From assembly GCA_965153285.1 (NCBI GenBank), contig OZ229111.1: a stretch of DNA of 64,000 nt, one strand, 5' to 3'. Under the pieces are notes generated by a model that saw nothing but the letters and a program-made list of their open reading frames with translations, was not told where the DNA came from and did no database searches. Positions 38,576-51,105 of this stretch are shown piece by piece. The position numbers and the translations under genes were made by a program. How positions within the stretch are numbered: position 1 is the stretch's first letter; each line of letters starts with the position of its first letter. This stretch comes from Podarcis tiliguerta. Taxonomy: Eukaryota.

Positions 38576-40415
38576 GTTCATAAATGCAATTCATGGTGCT
38601 TCTTCATATTTCTAAGGTTATGCTCCAGAAAGTGGTGTGAGGAAACTACTGGTTGTCTCCATTAGAATTATCCTATGGAGTTTTATAAACATAATTCCTC
38701 ATGCTTTTTAACACCCACATGAATTCTCTGCGAGAAGTCATATTGGAGTGAGGTGTCATCAGAACATATGGATCCAGCTATCAGCTCATTTGTTATCTGC
38801 CAATTCACTTATCCAAACATAAAGAATTATGCCCAAACCTTGTTATGCAGATTCAGATATCCAAAGAGCCATAGCTTGCCCACTTCCCTACTTGTTATGT
38901 TTTGATGGTCAGTGGCAGCCATTTTGGGACAGAAACCATGGTCAGGAAGAGAGCGGAGGAATCAGAGAACAGTGGAGAGTGATCGGACAAATCAGTTTTT
39001 CCCTTTGTTACTCTTTTGCTGCTTGGCTACAGCCATTTTAGCAAGAAACCATGGCAGGAGTGGGAGAGCGATCACTGATTGCCATAGGATTCAATGGAAA
39101 TCATGGACTCGTTAGGCAAACACTCACTTAACCAACCATTTTCAGGGAGTGCTTTGTGGGAACTGTGTGTACTTGGCAGTAACCTTTCAATATGATGAGC
39201 GTAATAACAGGACTGGTTTACTCCATTTGCCAAGTTTCAGATCCCTTGCATTTATGTCAGCACGAGCCACTAACTGCACCATGGTGGGTATACATCTCTA
39301 GTAGAGCTGAGTGTTAGTCACTTCAGTGATTCTTCAAATCCCACCTGTCATCTTGAGCATAATCAAATTATCAGTAGCACAGCTTCCAAGCCCTTTCCTC
39401 ATACCACCTCTCTTTTTGTCTTTACTCACATAGTCGTCTCCTCTTTTCACTATGATATGTCTTATATATGTCACATACTGCTCACTTCCTTTGAAGCAGC
39501 AATTTCAACAATTGGGGGAATAAAAGAGAGGGAATGTGAAACATGGTATGCTTCTTTTTTGTTATCAATTTCACCTTTACCCTTGAGGGAAACAAGGTAC
39601 TTGGCCTGTAACCTCATCCTTTATCCACTCAGGAACCAGATTATTACCTCATAAAAGTTCATGGCAAAGCTATTAAAAATTAAAAGGACATTTTCTTTCC
39701 TACAAAATGATTTGTTGCAAGTCAGAAGTACCAAACTGATTGGACCTGGTAACTTCCCTCCTCTTTACTAGAATCTCCATCAATTTAGTAATTGTGAAAA
39801 AGCTTCAGATTTTTGACCCAATATTTCCCCACCGCTACTAACAAGATGCTAATGCTCCACATACTTACTCATTTAGCAAAACAGAAGTAAGAAAAGGCAA
39901 AGTCATAAGTAAGGCTGGGGGTGTGGGGGAAAGAAAGCTTCCTACAATCCTTCAGGGAAAAATAAAGCAAAGAACCCAAGTAGTTGGGTATTATTCAGAG
40001 TGGGTGGTAGAAAAAGGACAAACCAGACTACAGCAACACTGAAAACTCCATCCAAAATTTACATCTAAAGAGACTTCTAGTGACATATGGTGGAAGTGTA
40101 ACTTTCTGCAAATATCCTCTACATGCGCCAATTTCTCTCCTCCACCCAAGATGTGTCCAATAGCTCTAGTGGAATGAGCTCTTTAAAGTATTACTCAGGG
40201 TAGGCATCAGTCATGATACACATTCTAATCCATCTCGTTAATGAGGAATCTGTCATGCGGTTGCATCGTTTGGACCCTCAGAAGAAATTAAATCCACCTA
40301 TATGGACTCCACATTGCCCACACAGATCCAGCTTTTCCGCTTCATTAACAAGTCCTGCATTGCCTCTGCTGGAAAGAAGCTAGACTGCGTCACTGACAGA
40401 AGTGAAATCTCTAGA

Positions 40416-40416
<1 letters not shown>

Positions 40417-40449
<33 letters not shown>
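40417..40449. repeat. (TG)n microsatellite
   Basis: Read directly from sequence. Confidence 0.95.
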
Positions 40450-40452
<3 letters not shown>

Positions 40453-40572
40453 GAGAGGAAAATGTACTCGCATTTTTAAGGGCTCTAAATACAAATTTCC
40501 AAGTTGAAATTCACAATTCTTATAGGTTCTCCTCATGTGAATTATGGACTGGGATGGCTGTACTACCTAGAA

Positions 40573-40710
40573 CAGCCTTTCTCAACCTGTGGGTCCCCAG
40601 ATGTTGTTGAACTACAACTCCCATCACCCCTAGCTAGCAAGGCCAGAGCTCAGGGGTGATGGGAGTTGTAGTCCAACAACATCTGGGGGCCCACAGGTTG
40701 CGAACCGGTG
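40573..40710. mobile_element. Hairpin hAT-type MITE
   Basis: Long inverted arms; perfect 8-bp TSD ACCTAGAA at 40565-40572 and 40711-40718. Confidence 0.9.
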
Positions 40711-41207
40711 ACCTAGAACATCTTGCAACATCTAACACAACCTCACAGAATCTCTGTTAAGTACTAAGACAGTGCCATATCATCCACTTTACATTTATGA
40801 TACCAAGAAACAAATATCACACAGGAAGCCTGTGACAAAGGAAAGAACCAGCATCAGTCATCTGGACTACTAAAAATGGAATCTCCTTTTTTCTGTCTTG
40901 CAATGTTCTGGATATTTCTGACAGCCAGCATATGAAGCTATCTCTACTTGAGGATGCAACATGTTCCTCACTCAACAATAAGTGCAAATCAGTGTTGGAA
41001 AATGAGATCTGCTCGAAAATCTCCCATTTCTCCTCCTGTGCTACACCTCCTACTCGCTGACTTTCTTTTTTTACAACGTACCCACCCAGATGAATTATGG
41101 GACTTGCTCACAATTCACTATTTAACATTACTGTGAACCAGAGATCTTTAACTCAAAAGCCTATATTGCCAACAAAATGGTCTAATCTGAATATTCAGTC
41201 ACCAGTA

Positions 41208-41448
41208 CAGTGGTACCTCGGGTTACAAACACTTCAGGTTACAAACACTTCAGATTACAAACTCCACTAACCCAGAAGTAGTACCTCGGGTTAAGAACTT
41301 TACCTCAGGATGAGACTGGAAATCGTACACTGGCGGCACAGTGGCAGAGGGAGGCCCCATTAGCAAAAGTGCGGCTCAGGATAAGAACGATTTCGGGTTA
41401 AGAACGGACCTCCGAAATGATTTAAGTTCGTAACCCGAGATACCATTG
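41208..41448. mobile_element. Tc1/mariner-pogo-type MITE, family 1, opposite orientation to the other copies
   Basis: CAGTGGTACCTCGGGTTA ... TAACCCGAGATACCATTG; TA TSD; internal GGCCCCATTAGC is the reverse complement of GCTAATGGGGCC. Confidence 0.9.
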
Positions 41449-41709
41449 TACAATGTGCATCAAGGTAAGTGTGAGAGAGTGCCGGCCACAATGATACCTG
41501 CTCCATGCTTACCCCACAGCAACCAATATGGCAGGTAAATCCTATCTCCGGTAGCGCAATGTGAGATCAGTAAAATGCGTTAGTTTTGATGCATAAATTG
41601 AAAGTTTTAAATGAGCCTTTATGTTAAAATTTCAGGAGTTGACTACATAGGAGATCCTTAAGAGAGCTTTGTGCTTTTAGAAAAGAAAAATCTAGCTCTG
41701 AAAAGAATA

Positions 41710-41942
41710 CAGTTGTACCTCGGAGGTCGAACAGAATCTGTTCCGGAACTTTCGGAAACCAAGGCGCAGCTTCCAACTGGCTGCAGGAAGCTCCCACAGC
41801 CAATCAGAAGCCACGGGCTGCCACGTCGGATGTTCAGTTTCCAAAGAACATTTGCAAACTGGAATATTCACTTCCGGGTTTGCGGAATTCAGGTGCCAAA
41901 ACGTTCCAACTCGTAAGGCGTTCGGGATCCAAGGTACGACTA
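41710..41942. mobile_element. Tc1/mariner-pogo-type MITE, family 3
   Basis: TIRs CAGTTGTACCTCGG ... CCAAGGTACGACTA; TA flanks. Confidence 0.75.
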
Positions 41943-41944
41943 TA

Positions 41945-42110
41945 ATAGAATCAGAGAGTTGGAGGTGGGCTTGTAGGCCACCTTAGTCCTATATTATAAT
42001 TGACGCAGGAAACGCAGCATCAAGGTACTCCCAACAGATGGCTGTTGGGGCCTCTACCTGAAGACCTCCAGGGAGAGAGAGGCCACTGACCCGCTAGATA
42101 ATTTACTCAT
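41945..42110 (-). mobile_element. CR1 3' end fragment
   Basis: ATAGAATCAGAGAGTTGGAG...CAGATGGC...GAAGACCTCCAGGGAG, decayed. Confidence 0.6.
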
Positions 42111-42931
42111 TATCAAACTTTTCAAAATAAAAGATGATCATGGTTATGTGCTAAATGTGATTAAGAAAATACATTATGTACAGATGAACAGTAAGTTAAA
42201 ACAAGAATATAACATCAGTTCTTGAAAGTTTACCAGGATATGGGTAAAAAAGTTAAAAATTGCTTAATGGAAAGCAAATACAGGTTGAACTTTGCACTTT
42301 GCTTTCCTGTAATCCAGCAACAAGTTAAGCTCTGGAGTACAGAAGGGAGAAACTAGACCTTCGTAAAACAACTTTCCAACTTACCAGAGTAAATTAGAAT
42401 TAACTTCTCCAACAAAATGCAAATATCTTAAAAACATCCAAGCCAATTAAGACACAAGTGTTTATAAAGACATGAGTAGTAATTATGTATGTATTATTCA
42501 TAGCTAATTTACAAAATGAAGTTCTTTTGGTAAAATATTAAACTGTTTACAAGCAGTAAGGAAGAGAACATTCAAATTGTTTGCCTTGTGTATACTACAA
42601 AGCAGCGACTATTTCTGTGCCACAGAGTCTCTACTAACATTACAGTGTACACTGTGTAGTAATCAGAAAATGTTTGACCTCAGATATCTACTTGACCCTA
42701 CAGAAATGCAGACTCGCTTGCTATAAAATCCTAAACAATGGGGCAGACAAGGTCACAGGGTCAAAGCAAGTATTAACAGGTCATTGTGCAACCCACTTGG
42801 GAGCAATTACTTCTGGTCACGGCTAAGTGGACACTTGATTGAATACCACTAAGACAGCTCACATCCCACAGATAACAATCCTCACAGCGATTAAGAATTA
42901 AAGCCCCCATGATTCAGCCTTTATTACTCAA

Positions 42932-43119
42932 NNNNNNNNNNNNNNNNNNNNNNNNNNNNNNNNNNNNNNNNNNNNNNNNNNNNNNNNNNNNNNNNNNNNN
43001 NNNNNNNNNNNNNNNNNNNNNNNNNNNNNNNNNNNNNNNNNNNNNNNNNNNNNNNNNNNNNNNNNNNNNNNNNNNNNNNNNNNNNNNNNNNNNNNNNNNN
43101 NNNNNNNNNNNNNNNNNNN
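42932..43119. other. Assembly gap (188 N)
   Basis: Run of N. Confidence 1.
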
Positions 43120-43924
43120 CAGGAAAAAAAATTAGCTTTTAAGGATGAAAAGGAAACATCAATGTTGAATGAAAATTGTATTTCTCTTCGACTATAAAGA
43201 GGGTTAAAAAAGGAGCAGGAGAAGGAGAAGGTTTCTTCTACCAGACAATGGAACTAGGTTTTCTTTTTTTTAATCAAATCAATGTTTTTTATGTTATGTC
43301 AGGTACATTTATCCTAATCAGGAAAACAGTAAGCATGTAAATGCATGCAATATGTCACTATGCACGCAGGACATATATGCAACAAAGGTTATGTCAACAT
43401 ACCAATTTTTAAAATCTCATGGGGGGAGGGAGTTGATGGCTAGGCTGTTACAAACAGGCATAAAGCAAAAAAAGCCATAATTCTTCTACAAGCTAGGCAT
43501 CCATTGTCTCAGCTGAGAACAGGTTCACCCACTCACACCTGAGGGAAGGGAAATGTTTTCTGGCATTAAAAAATAAAGAAGAACTGTTCAGTTTATAGAA
43601 AGTACAAAAGGTACAAAAAGCATAGGAAACTGAGAGGTGGGTAGCAGCTGCCTAGGAATGGAATAATCATTTTAAAAATTGAGATCAAAGAAACAGTTGC
43701 ATAATATACATATATCTGCACCTTGGGGCGTATTTGTTTGTGCATAAGGCATTCCAGAAAGGAAGCTTAAAAACTCATGACAGTAACAAGCATAAAATGT
43801 TGCAGCACAGTCTCCTAAATTAATAAGGGCTCACAGATCAGTACTGAATTTTGTACCTTGAATATTGTGTTTGCTGTTCTTTTATTAGATCGCAACTGAA
43901 TCTTTGGGAATGTTTCCTTTAGTA

Positions 43925-44058
43925 CAGGCATGGCCAAACTTGGCCCTCCAGATATTTTGGGACTACAACTCCCATCATCCCTGACCACTGGTCCTATTAG
44001 CTAGGGATGATGGGAGTTGTAGTCCCAAAACATCTGGAGGGCCAAGTTTGGCCATGCC
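43925..44058. mobile_element. Near-perfect hairpin hAT-type MITE
   Basis: 56-bp arms (43927-43982 / 44003-44058) with one mismatch and a 20-nt loop. Confidence 0.9.
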
Positions 44059-44814
44059 AACTGAGAAACGCTTAAGTTCCCATATGGTCAATATATGTAA
44101 CTAACCTATGTACTCTGGAACTCCTTAGACTTCCCTATCTCTAAGGCAGTAAGACCTACCTAGTAGCCACTGCTAAGCAGAGATTTTACAGACTTGATGT
44201 GGTTCTCAGGAATGCTCCTGAGTCTGTAAATTTTAACATGGGAAGCAGTCCTCAGATGTAAACACTTCTCGTGTTTGCAATGACAGACCAGAAACAAATG
44301 ATTTTCAACTGCAGCACTCATTCATCAACACAAATGCTTGCATATGCAAGGTTTCACATACACGTTCTTCACTATGCATGAATTCAGAACAAGAACAGAG
44401 GACAATAAATGCACTTGGTAGCCTCCAGAATAACAACAAATTTTAAAGCTGAATTCTCAGTTTCAAAATTACTCAGTTTGTGGGGACGGCAATTTTTATT
44501 TGTCATTAATGACCAGACAAAGGTGGATGGGGATTCCAGTTGCAACAGGTGAACTTAGTGCTGTCCATATCAAGACGGCCATGAATAGTACTGAAAAATC
44601 CATGATGGGTCAAGGCGCTTTCTGGAATATGACTATTTGGGATGTCTGAATGCTCAGGACAGCCCAGTGACCAAACAAAGGTATGTTTGCCTTCTTACTC
44701 CACAGTGGACATGATCCAACACAGAAGCAGCTACAGATAAGACTATCAGTAATGGAGCTTCATTACTGGTATTTCACGCAGTGGACCTTAAGGTCCATGA
44801 ATAATCATAGTTTA

Positions 44815-45195
44815 GAGGACCCGGGCCCTATGGAAGACAAATTAACCTCCACCAGGGCCAGGGCCTTCTTGGTGATGGCTCTGACCTGGTGGAATGCTCT
44901 GTCCCATGAGACCAGGGCCCTGCAGGATTCAACTTCCTTCCGCAGGGCCTGTAAGGCAGAGCTATTCTGCCTGGCTTTCAATTTGAACTTAGCCTGATCT
45001 TTTATTCCCGTTCCTTCCCTCCCCCTCCCCTTTCTATGAAGATTACCAGCTCTGGATCCCACAGCTAATTCCCCGCTGGCCCAAATAGGAATAATTTAGC
45101 CAGCTAGCCCTGGTGATAATCTAATGTTTATTGGATGGATTTCCCCCCTAAATTGATTTTTGAATTCTGAATTTATTGTTATTCCAATTTTATAC
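44815..45195 (+). mobile_element. L2 LINE 3' portion
   Basis: TRARAFLVMALTWWNALSHETRALQDSTSFRRACKAELFCLAF resembles the L2 ORF2 C-terminus (RAFSxxAPxxWNxLP...FxxxLKTxLF). Confidence 0.8.
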
Positions 45196-45196
45196 A

Positions 45197-45221
45197 TCTA
45201 TCTATCTATCTATCTATCTAT
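45197..45221. repeat. (TCTA)n microsatellite
   Basis: Read directly from sequence. Confidence 0.9.
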
Positions 45222-47020
45222 TTGACCTCTATGGTATTAGGTCATTGGAATACAAATTATTTTGAAATTAAGCGGAAATATTTGTATTTGAGTTGGTACA
45301 GGTACCTTTCAGGAAAATGAAGTAAGAAACAGTACTATGCTGCATGCTTGCTTATTTATTTATTTTATTTTATTTATATACTGCCCTATACCCGGGGGTC
45401 TCAGGGCGGCTCACAGAATAAAATCAAGATATAAAACCACAAAATACATAATGTTCAGTAAAACAAAGAAGGAGCAGGTTTCAGTTGTTTCCTCAGAGCA
45501 CTCTACCAGGTAGAGTCTACCTTAATGCTCACTGAGAAAACGGAAGGATTCTTACCAAAGACAGTGAGATAATGTAGGACGAATGGCAGTATATGGGTGT
45601 AGTTGTGGAATAAGCTGTGGAATCTTATTGTTACTACTGCTTTTGTTTCCTTGGATGACTCTTTCTGCCTTAACGCTGGCTGAAATAGATTTAAGTAATC
45701 CTAGTAATGATAGATAAGGTGGGAAGAATGGTAGCAAGTAGGTGTTGTTTTGGTTTATTCTGAATACCTTGGGGAATATATTTCTTTTCCCAAGTCAAAC
45801 ACTTTGACCAAACATGATAATTACCTATGGTTGTTTGGGAAAATGGAGCTCTTTTTGTATTCCTTTTGAACCTAAAGTCCATTATAAGCATTATTTACCA
45901 GTATGTAAACATGTTCCATACGGGACAAAAGGAACTTTGTTCTAATATGTGAGTTAGAAGATGAAGTTTTAAAGTGGGGTTTTTTTGTAATCATACACTT
46001 TTCTGCCACTGAAGCACTGACAAAGATGATGTAAAAGAAGATGATCAACAGCTCTGAATTAGCTTAACGGGAGAAGTAAAGGCTTCCACTGCCAACCCAA
46101 CCTAAGATCACAGAGTAAGAAAAACAAATTGTGTAAGAACATGAGAATATTTGATCCTGGTTGAGTGTTTTGGAGGCATGCTGACAGGAAATGCTGTGCA
46201 GGAAGGAACACATGAATCGGAAATGTGGATCATTACTTACAACTCTTATTCAGTTGTTTCTGGAGAAACACCCTCACTATGGTCAAAGAAAGTTTGACTT
46301 TTCAAACAAGCTTCCATTAAACTCTTTAAGCATTCCCTCTCACACACAAACTTGCTCTCTCACTCTCTGATGATCTTCTGTCATTACACCAAGGCCATTC
46401 TTTACTGGCCGAGTTATAAATTTTAATCTCTCTGGCTTAGTAATCGATAGATTTCTTTCTCTCTCTTTAGTTATTATTCGTTTTGTATTGTTGTACTGTA
46501 TTTGCTTTGTATTGTTTGGACTGGTTTCTTATCTTGTAAACTGCCCCGAGTACTTCTTACTGCAAAAGGGATTAAAAATATATTTCTTTAAAAAAATTAA
46601 ATGAGCAAGCAAAGGCATGTTATTATTGCCTCTTAAGATAAAAATAATATAGACTGTAAAACAGAGATGACGAGCCAATGTCATTGGACTGTGTTCCCTC
46701 TGGAATCTTCATGAAAAAAGACGTTCTGTTGGAATACAAAATCTATGTGAAATCTGCAAAAACTATCCGTGAGTAAGGGATTAGATTCTTGTATAAAACT
46801 GCTCACAGAGCTTTTCTGTGGAGTCCCATGTGCACAGCCCTTTTCGACATACGCATGGGTTCCACTGTTAGGGTGTATGTTGTTGGAATTAACAAAAATA
46901 ATGCCTAGTCATGGACATAGTCCTACCAACCAGCAGATAAAAGTAACAAGACCAACCAGCAGCAGACTGTGAAGCGTGGCAGCACTGTCCACCTGACCTC
47001 CCAATAGATGCTTCACTGCA

Positions 47021-47061
47021 GCTTACCTGAAAGGGGAAGGGGAAGGCAATGGGGAGGTCAG
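47021..47061 (-). promoter_or_regulatory. Candidate recursive splice site (3'ss immediately followed by 5'ss)
   Basis: Minus strand: CTGAC CTCCCCATTGCCTTCCCCTTCCCCTTTCAG|GTAAGC; branch A at -32, no intervening AG. Confidence 0.45.
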
Positions 47062-47234
47062 CGCTGTGCAAAAGCACCAGCGAAGTCAGTATGACACTCC
47101 TGCCAGTTTGTGCAAACAGCGCCTTGCCCCTCCCACCCTTTGTCACCTGGTAAGCAACTCCATCCCTCTTCATAGTTTTGCTATTGTGTCCAACATTTAA
47201 AGATGTGTGAAAGAAAGCCAGGAAGAATAAAATA

Positions 47235-47458
47235 CAGTGGTACCTCTGGTTACAAACTTAATTCGTTCCCGAGGTCCGTTCATAAGCTGAAACCGTTCTT
47301 ATCCTGAGGTGCGCTTTCGCTAATGGGGCCTCTTGCTGCGCGTGCCTCTAGCACACAATTTCTGTTCACATCCTGGGGCAAAGTTTGCAACCAGGGGCAG
47401 CTACTTCCGGGTTACCGGAGCTCAAAACCTGAAGCGTTTGAAACCAGAGGTACCACTG
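47235..47458. mobile_element. Tc1/mariner-pogo-type MITE, family 1 variant
   Basis: CAGTGGTACCTCTGGTT ... AACCAGAGGTACCACTG; TA TSD. Confidence 0.9.
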
Positions 47459-49379
47459 TACAATGATGAATGCCAGCCGAAAACTATTCATGCAAAACAT
47501 ACTTAAATATATAATATTAATTCCTAGAAACACTGATAAAAATGCAGAATTTATTTCCTATAAAGCTTTCTTAGGATGCCTCAGACTGAAACTGAAGCAG
47601 TTCCTTAAATTACAAGGAATATGTTGGAAATATACTACAAAGTCTAGGACTAATATGCAGAGTTTGTTAATGTGCATACATGCTAATCACAGAACCACAG
47701 TGGAATCTCACTGTGGGAAAACTGTGACCACAGGCCCAGTTTCTCATGATATAATTCGGAAATCTCATTATATAATTGAGAAATCATGAGATTTAGAAAG
47801 AAGTATAATGACCCTGAAGTTCTTTTCACTTACCATCTAGCTTCAGAACCTTTGGCAGAGTTTGTTACCATATTTTTTCTTTTCTTTCTAATTTCATCTT
47901 GGAAACTTTGTAGTGTAAAAATTTAATAACTGGTATTCTCAGAATTTTAAAAGGTCTTCTGAATGAGGACAAAAAGCCCCCGCAGACCATATTTGTAGTC
48001 AACAGGCAATACGCATATTGCAATATATAATAACTGGATTTAACTAACGAAAATACCCCAAAGAAAGAAATGCATGTTTCCTTTTTGGAATACATTTAAT
48101 AATTAGACTAAACTTCAAGAGACTCTGTGTGACACAGAGAGGGTGTGTATACTTCATTACAAACAATGTTACATTATACCAGAGGCGAGTGTTGCTCGTT
48201 TTAATTAGAATCAGATATCATAGTAATTATACCAGTGTTAGTGCTCTTTCACAACAGTGTTGCAGGGAAATGCACACAAGTGTTCTGGGCCTGTCTTTCA
48301 CAAGCTCTTTTCACAATTCTTACAAATAATAATCATAATGTGTGCTGAAGAAACACTTTTACCTCTGCCCCCATTTCCCCTCTGTTCTGCTTTCACTGCC
48401 CCTCAGAGAATGAGGAAATTCCAAACTGAAATCACTGCTGTTATCTTGGATTTTAAAAAAAAGACACTGTAGGAAGCCATCACAACAACCACATGAGTTA
48501 AGTTGAGTTGGCCGAGCCTTAGAATTTATTGGCTTCAGATTATTTCTGTCACATACTTTATATGTGCCTAACGTATAAAGGCCTGTGAACCAAAATACAC
48601 AAAGGGCACTTTACATTGTTCCCTATGGCAAATATCTCCATGTGTCAATCATTTGCGCATAGGTTGGTGTCAACTTTTTTTTTCTTACGAGAACACACTA
48701 ATGCAACAACACTGATGCAAATATTTGCAAATAAAGACAAATCAGAGGTTATCATTTTTAGGCCAGTCTGATCATCCCAGGGAACTGCAGTGGACATCAC
48801 TGGGCCATTGGAAAACTGCACTTCTACTTCTGTTCCATGTTTTGCAGAGGTGCACAGCAAATCCTCCAAATTCGATGGAAAGCCATTGCTAGCCCCTTCA
48901 TTTGTGAATCATAGGTTTCTGCGCAATCAGAACTCCAGCACTATTACTCACATGTGGATTGCCCCATGCCAATGTGAGGTCATCTGGTTCTGTGGCCCCA
49001 CTCTCAGCAATTGCATGACACTGTTATGAATTATCTCGAATGATTTGCAAACCTGCTTCTGATCATGGTTTCAATCTGTGACTTGACAGCACTAATTTTA
49101 AGTGCAAGTGAAATGCCAAGCAGAGTTACCTCCAAAACTGAAAGGGAGGAGCAAATGCCCAGGAACAGTGTGTGCCACACCATGGTTTCCACTGAGGCAG
49201 TGTCAAACAGTTATTTATGAGTAGATTGCAGTGAAAGTATGGGTTGTCCAGTTTTGTTGTTCGCTTTATGGGGGTGGAAGGAGGAAGGATCCGAAGAAAG
49301 TATTATGAGCAATGTGGAATCACTCCCTATCTCACCACAGATCAGTTCTGGTGATAGGGCCTCAGAAGGATGTTCAGAA

Positions 49380-49800
49380 GAAAAGTACCAGCCATATCCA
49401 TATGAACCTGCCTGTGCTTGAAGAGTGGATTTTGACATCCTACTTGTCACCTTAAAGAACACTCAGGTACACAGGCACAAGAGATAGGGCCTTCTTAGTG
49501 GCTGCTTCTACCCTACAGAATTCCATTCTGAAAGATATGTGGCTGGTTCTATTAGTTTAGGTTTCTAAGAAAAAAAATATAAATTCTTCTGTTTCCCCTG
49601 ACATTTAGTGGAAAGTTTTATTGTATGTGCTGCTCCAGGAGTTTTAATGGCATAAAAAACAAATTATTATGCTGAGTCTTGTTCATTTTATTTTGTGATG
49701 TTTCACTTACACTACATATTACATATGTTGTACACTGCCCTGGGATCTTTTATAATGAAGGGTGGTACACAAATATTAAAAATGAATAAATAAAAATAAA
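49380..49800 (+). mobile_element. Decayed L2 LINE 3' end
   Basis: ACAAGAGATAGGGCCTTCTTAGTGGCTGC (TRDRAFLVAA) and tail TGTACACTGCCCTGGG...GGGTGGTA...AATAAATAAA. Confidence 0.65.
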
Positions 49801-50824
49801 TCTTGTAAGAAATTTCCAGGTCTGGACCTATCACTATCTACGAACGAACACTGGGAATCCCATTTTTAAACGAAGCTCAATGTATAATCTTCATACATTT
49901 ACTGCTACTAAAAGTCTTGGCCCTGTTTTATATTATACTGCATTAAAAGGCAAGTTCCCATCATTGTCATAGTAGGTTGGCCTTTCTAGATAAAAACAAC
50001 AACCTGTCATCTCAACTTATTCTATGTCAAATATATTTTACATGGATGTGTATATACATTTGAAATTTTGGCCCAGTGGAATTCTTTCTTTTAAAAATGA
50101 TAAAATAAGCCAGCATTAAATGATGAATAAATTAAACTAAATATCATTTAAAATGGTACAATAATATAGCATCAAATACAGAAGAAATTAAAACTACTTG
50201 GCTCCGATACAAGAATATGGACACATCTCATGAATTCCTAACAAACTGCCTACCAGAACCCATCTATTTTCTAATATTGTACACTAGTCCAACTCCCTCC
50301 TTCCTCCCTCCTCTCCTATGAGTTTGTGGGATGCAATGTGGCAAAGATGAAGTGTGCCACACATAGCGAACATGATAATCATGTTGGCAACTTGGGGATC
50401 AGAGGCAGCTGCACATCTCCTTACACAAAGCATCCTTTTTCAAATCACAGCTTTGTTTACACAGGTGCCATTTTGCTGGGAACAGGTGCTGGCATCTCAA
50501 GAACCTTAGGAGAACATGTTTAATAATATGCGGAAACTCTTTTAAAATGGAACCACTTACCCATCGTTTGGGCTAGTAATCAGGAATTATGTTGAGAAGA
50601 GAGTTAAAATTATAAAAGAAATAGTAAGAATCACTAGACTCACAACTATCACTGATGTACCACATGGGTTTTCCCAAACTATATGGATGAAGAGCTCACT
50701 TCACTCCACCTCATAGAAGAAAATGGGGAACATCTGTAATTGCAAAGGTTTGTGATTCCCTACATAATGATGTAACACTAAAAAAAATGTTTAGCATTTG
50801 CATCAATTTTAGATTAACAGCAGT

Positions 50825-51105
50825 TTAGTGTCATGCATACAGTATACCGTGGTTAACCTTAACAACAGTTTGTGAAAGCAAACCATACAGCAGTTTCATA
50901 AACTGCAATTTGAAGTTGTTTCCATTAACCATGGTTAAAAATAATCACAGGTTTTCCAGTTCTGGCTGCCAGGGGAAGCAGTGGCTAATCATAAAAAAGA
51001 AGTAATTTTCTCAACTCCTCCTTGCAGTTGGGCTAGAGAAGGGGAAGACAGCTTTGTCTTCATAGCGCTAAACTATGGTTTGGCATTATATCCCAACAAA
51101 GCCTG
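50825..51105. mobile_element. Old palindromic AAACCATGGTT-family DNA element
   Basis: TTAACCATGGTTAA core and GCTAAACTATGGTTTGGC end, as in 1193-1610. Confidence 0.4.

Noticed and set aside
45556-45679. Minus-strand 124-nt exon-like unit ending TTG|GTAAGA
   Set aside because: Weak pyrimidine tract and no recognisable product.
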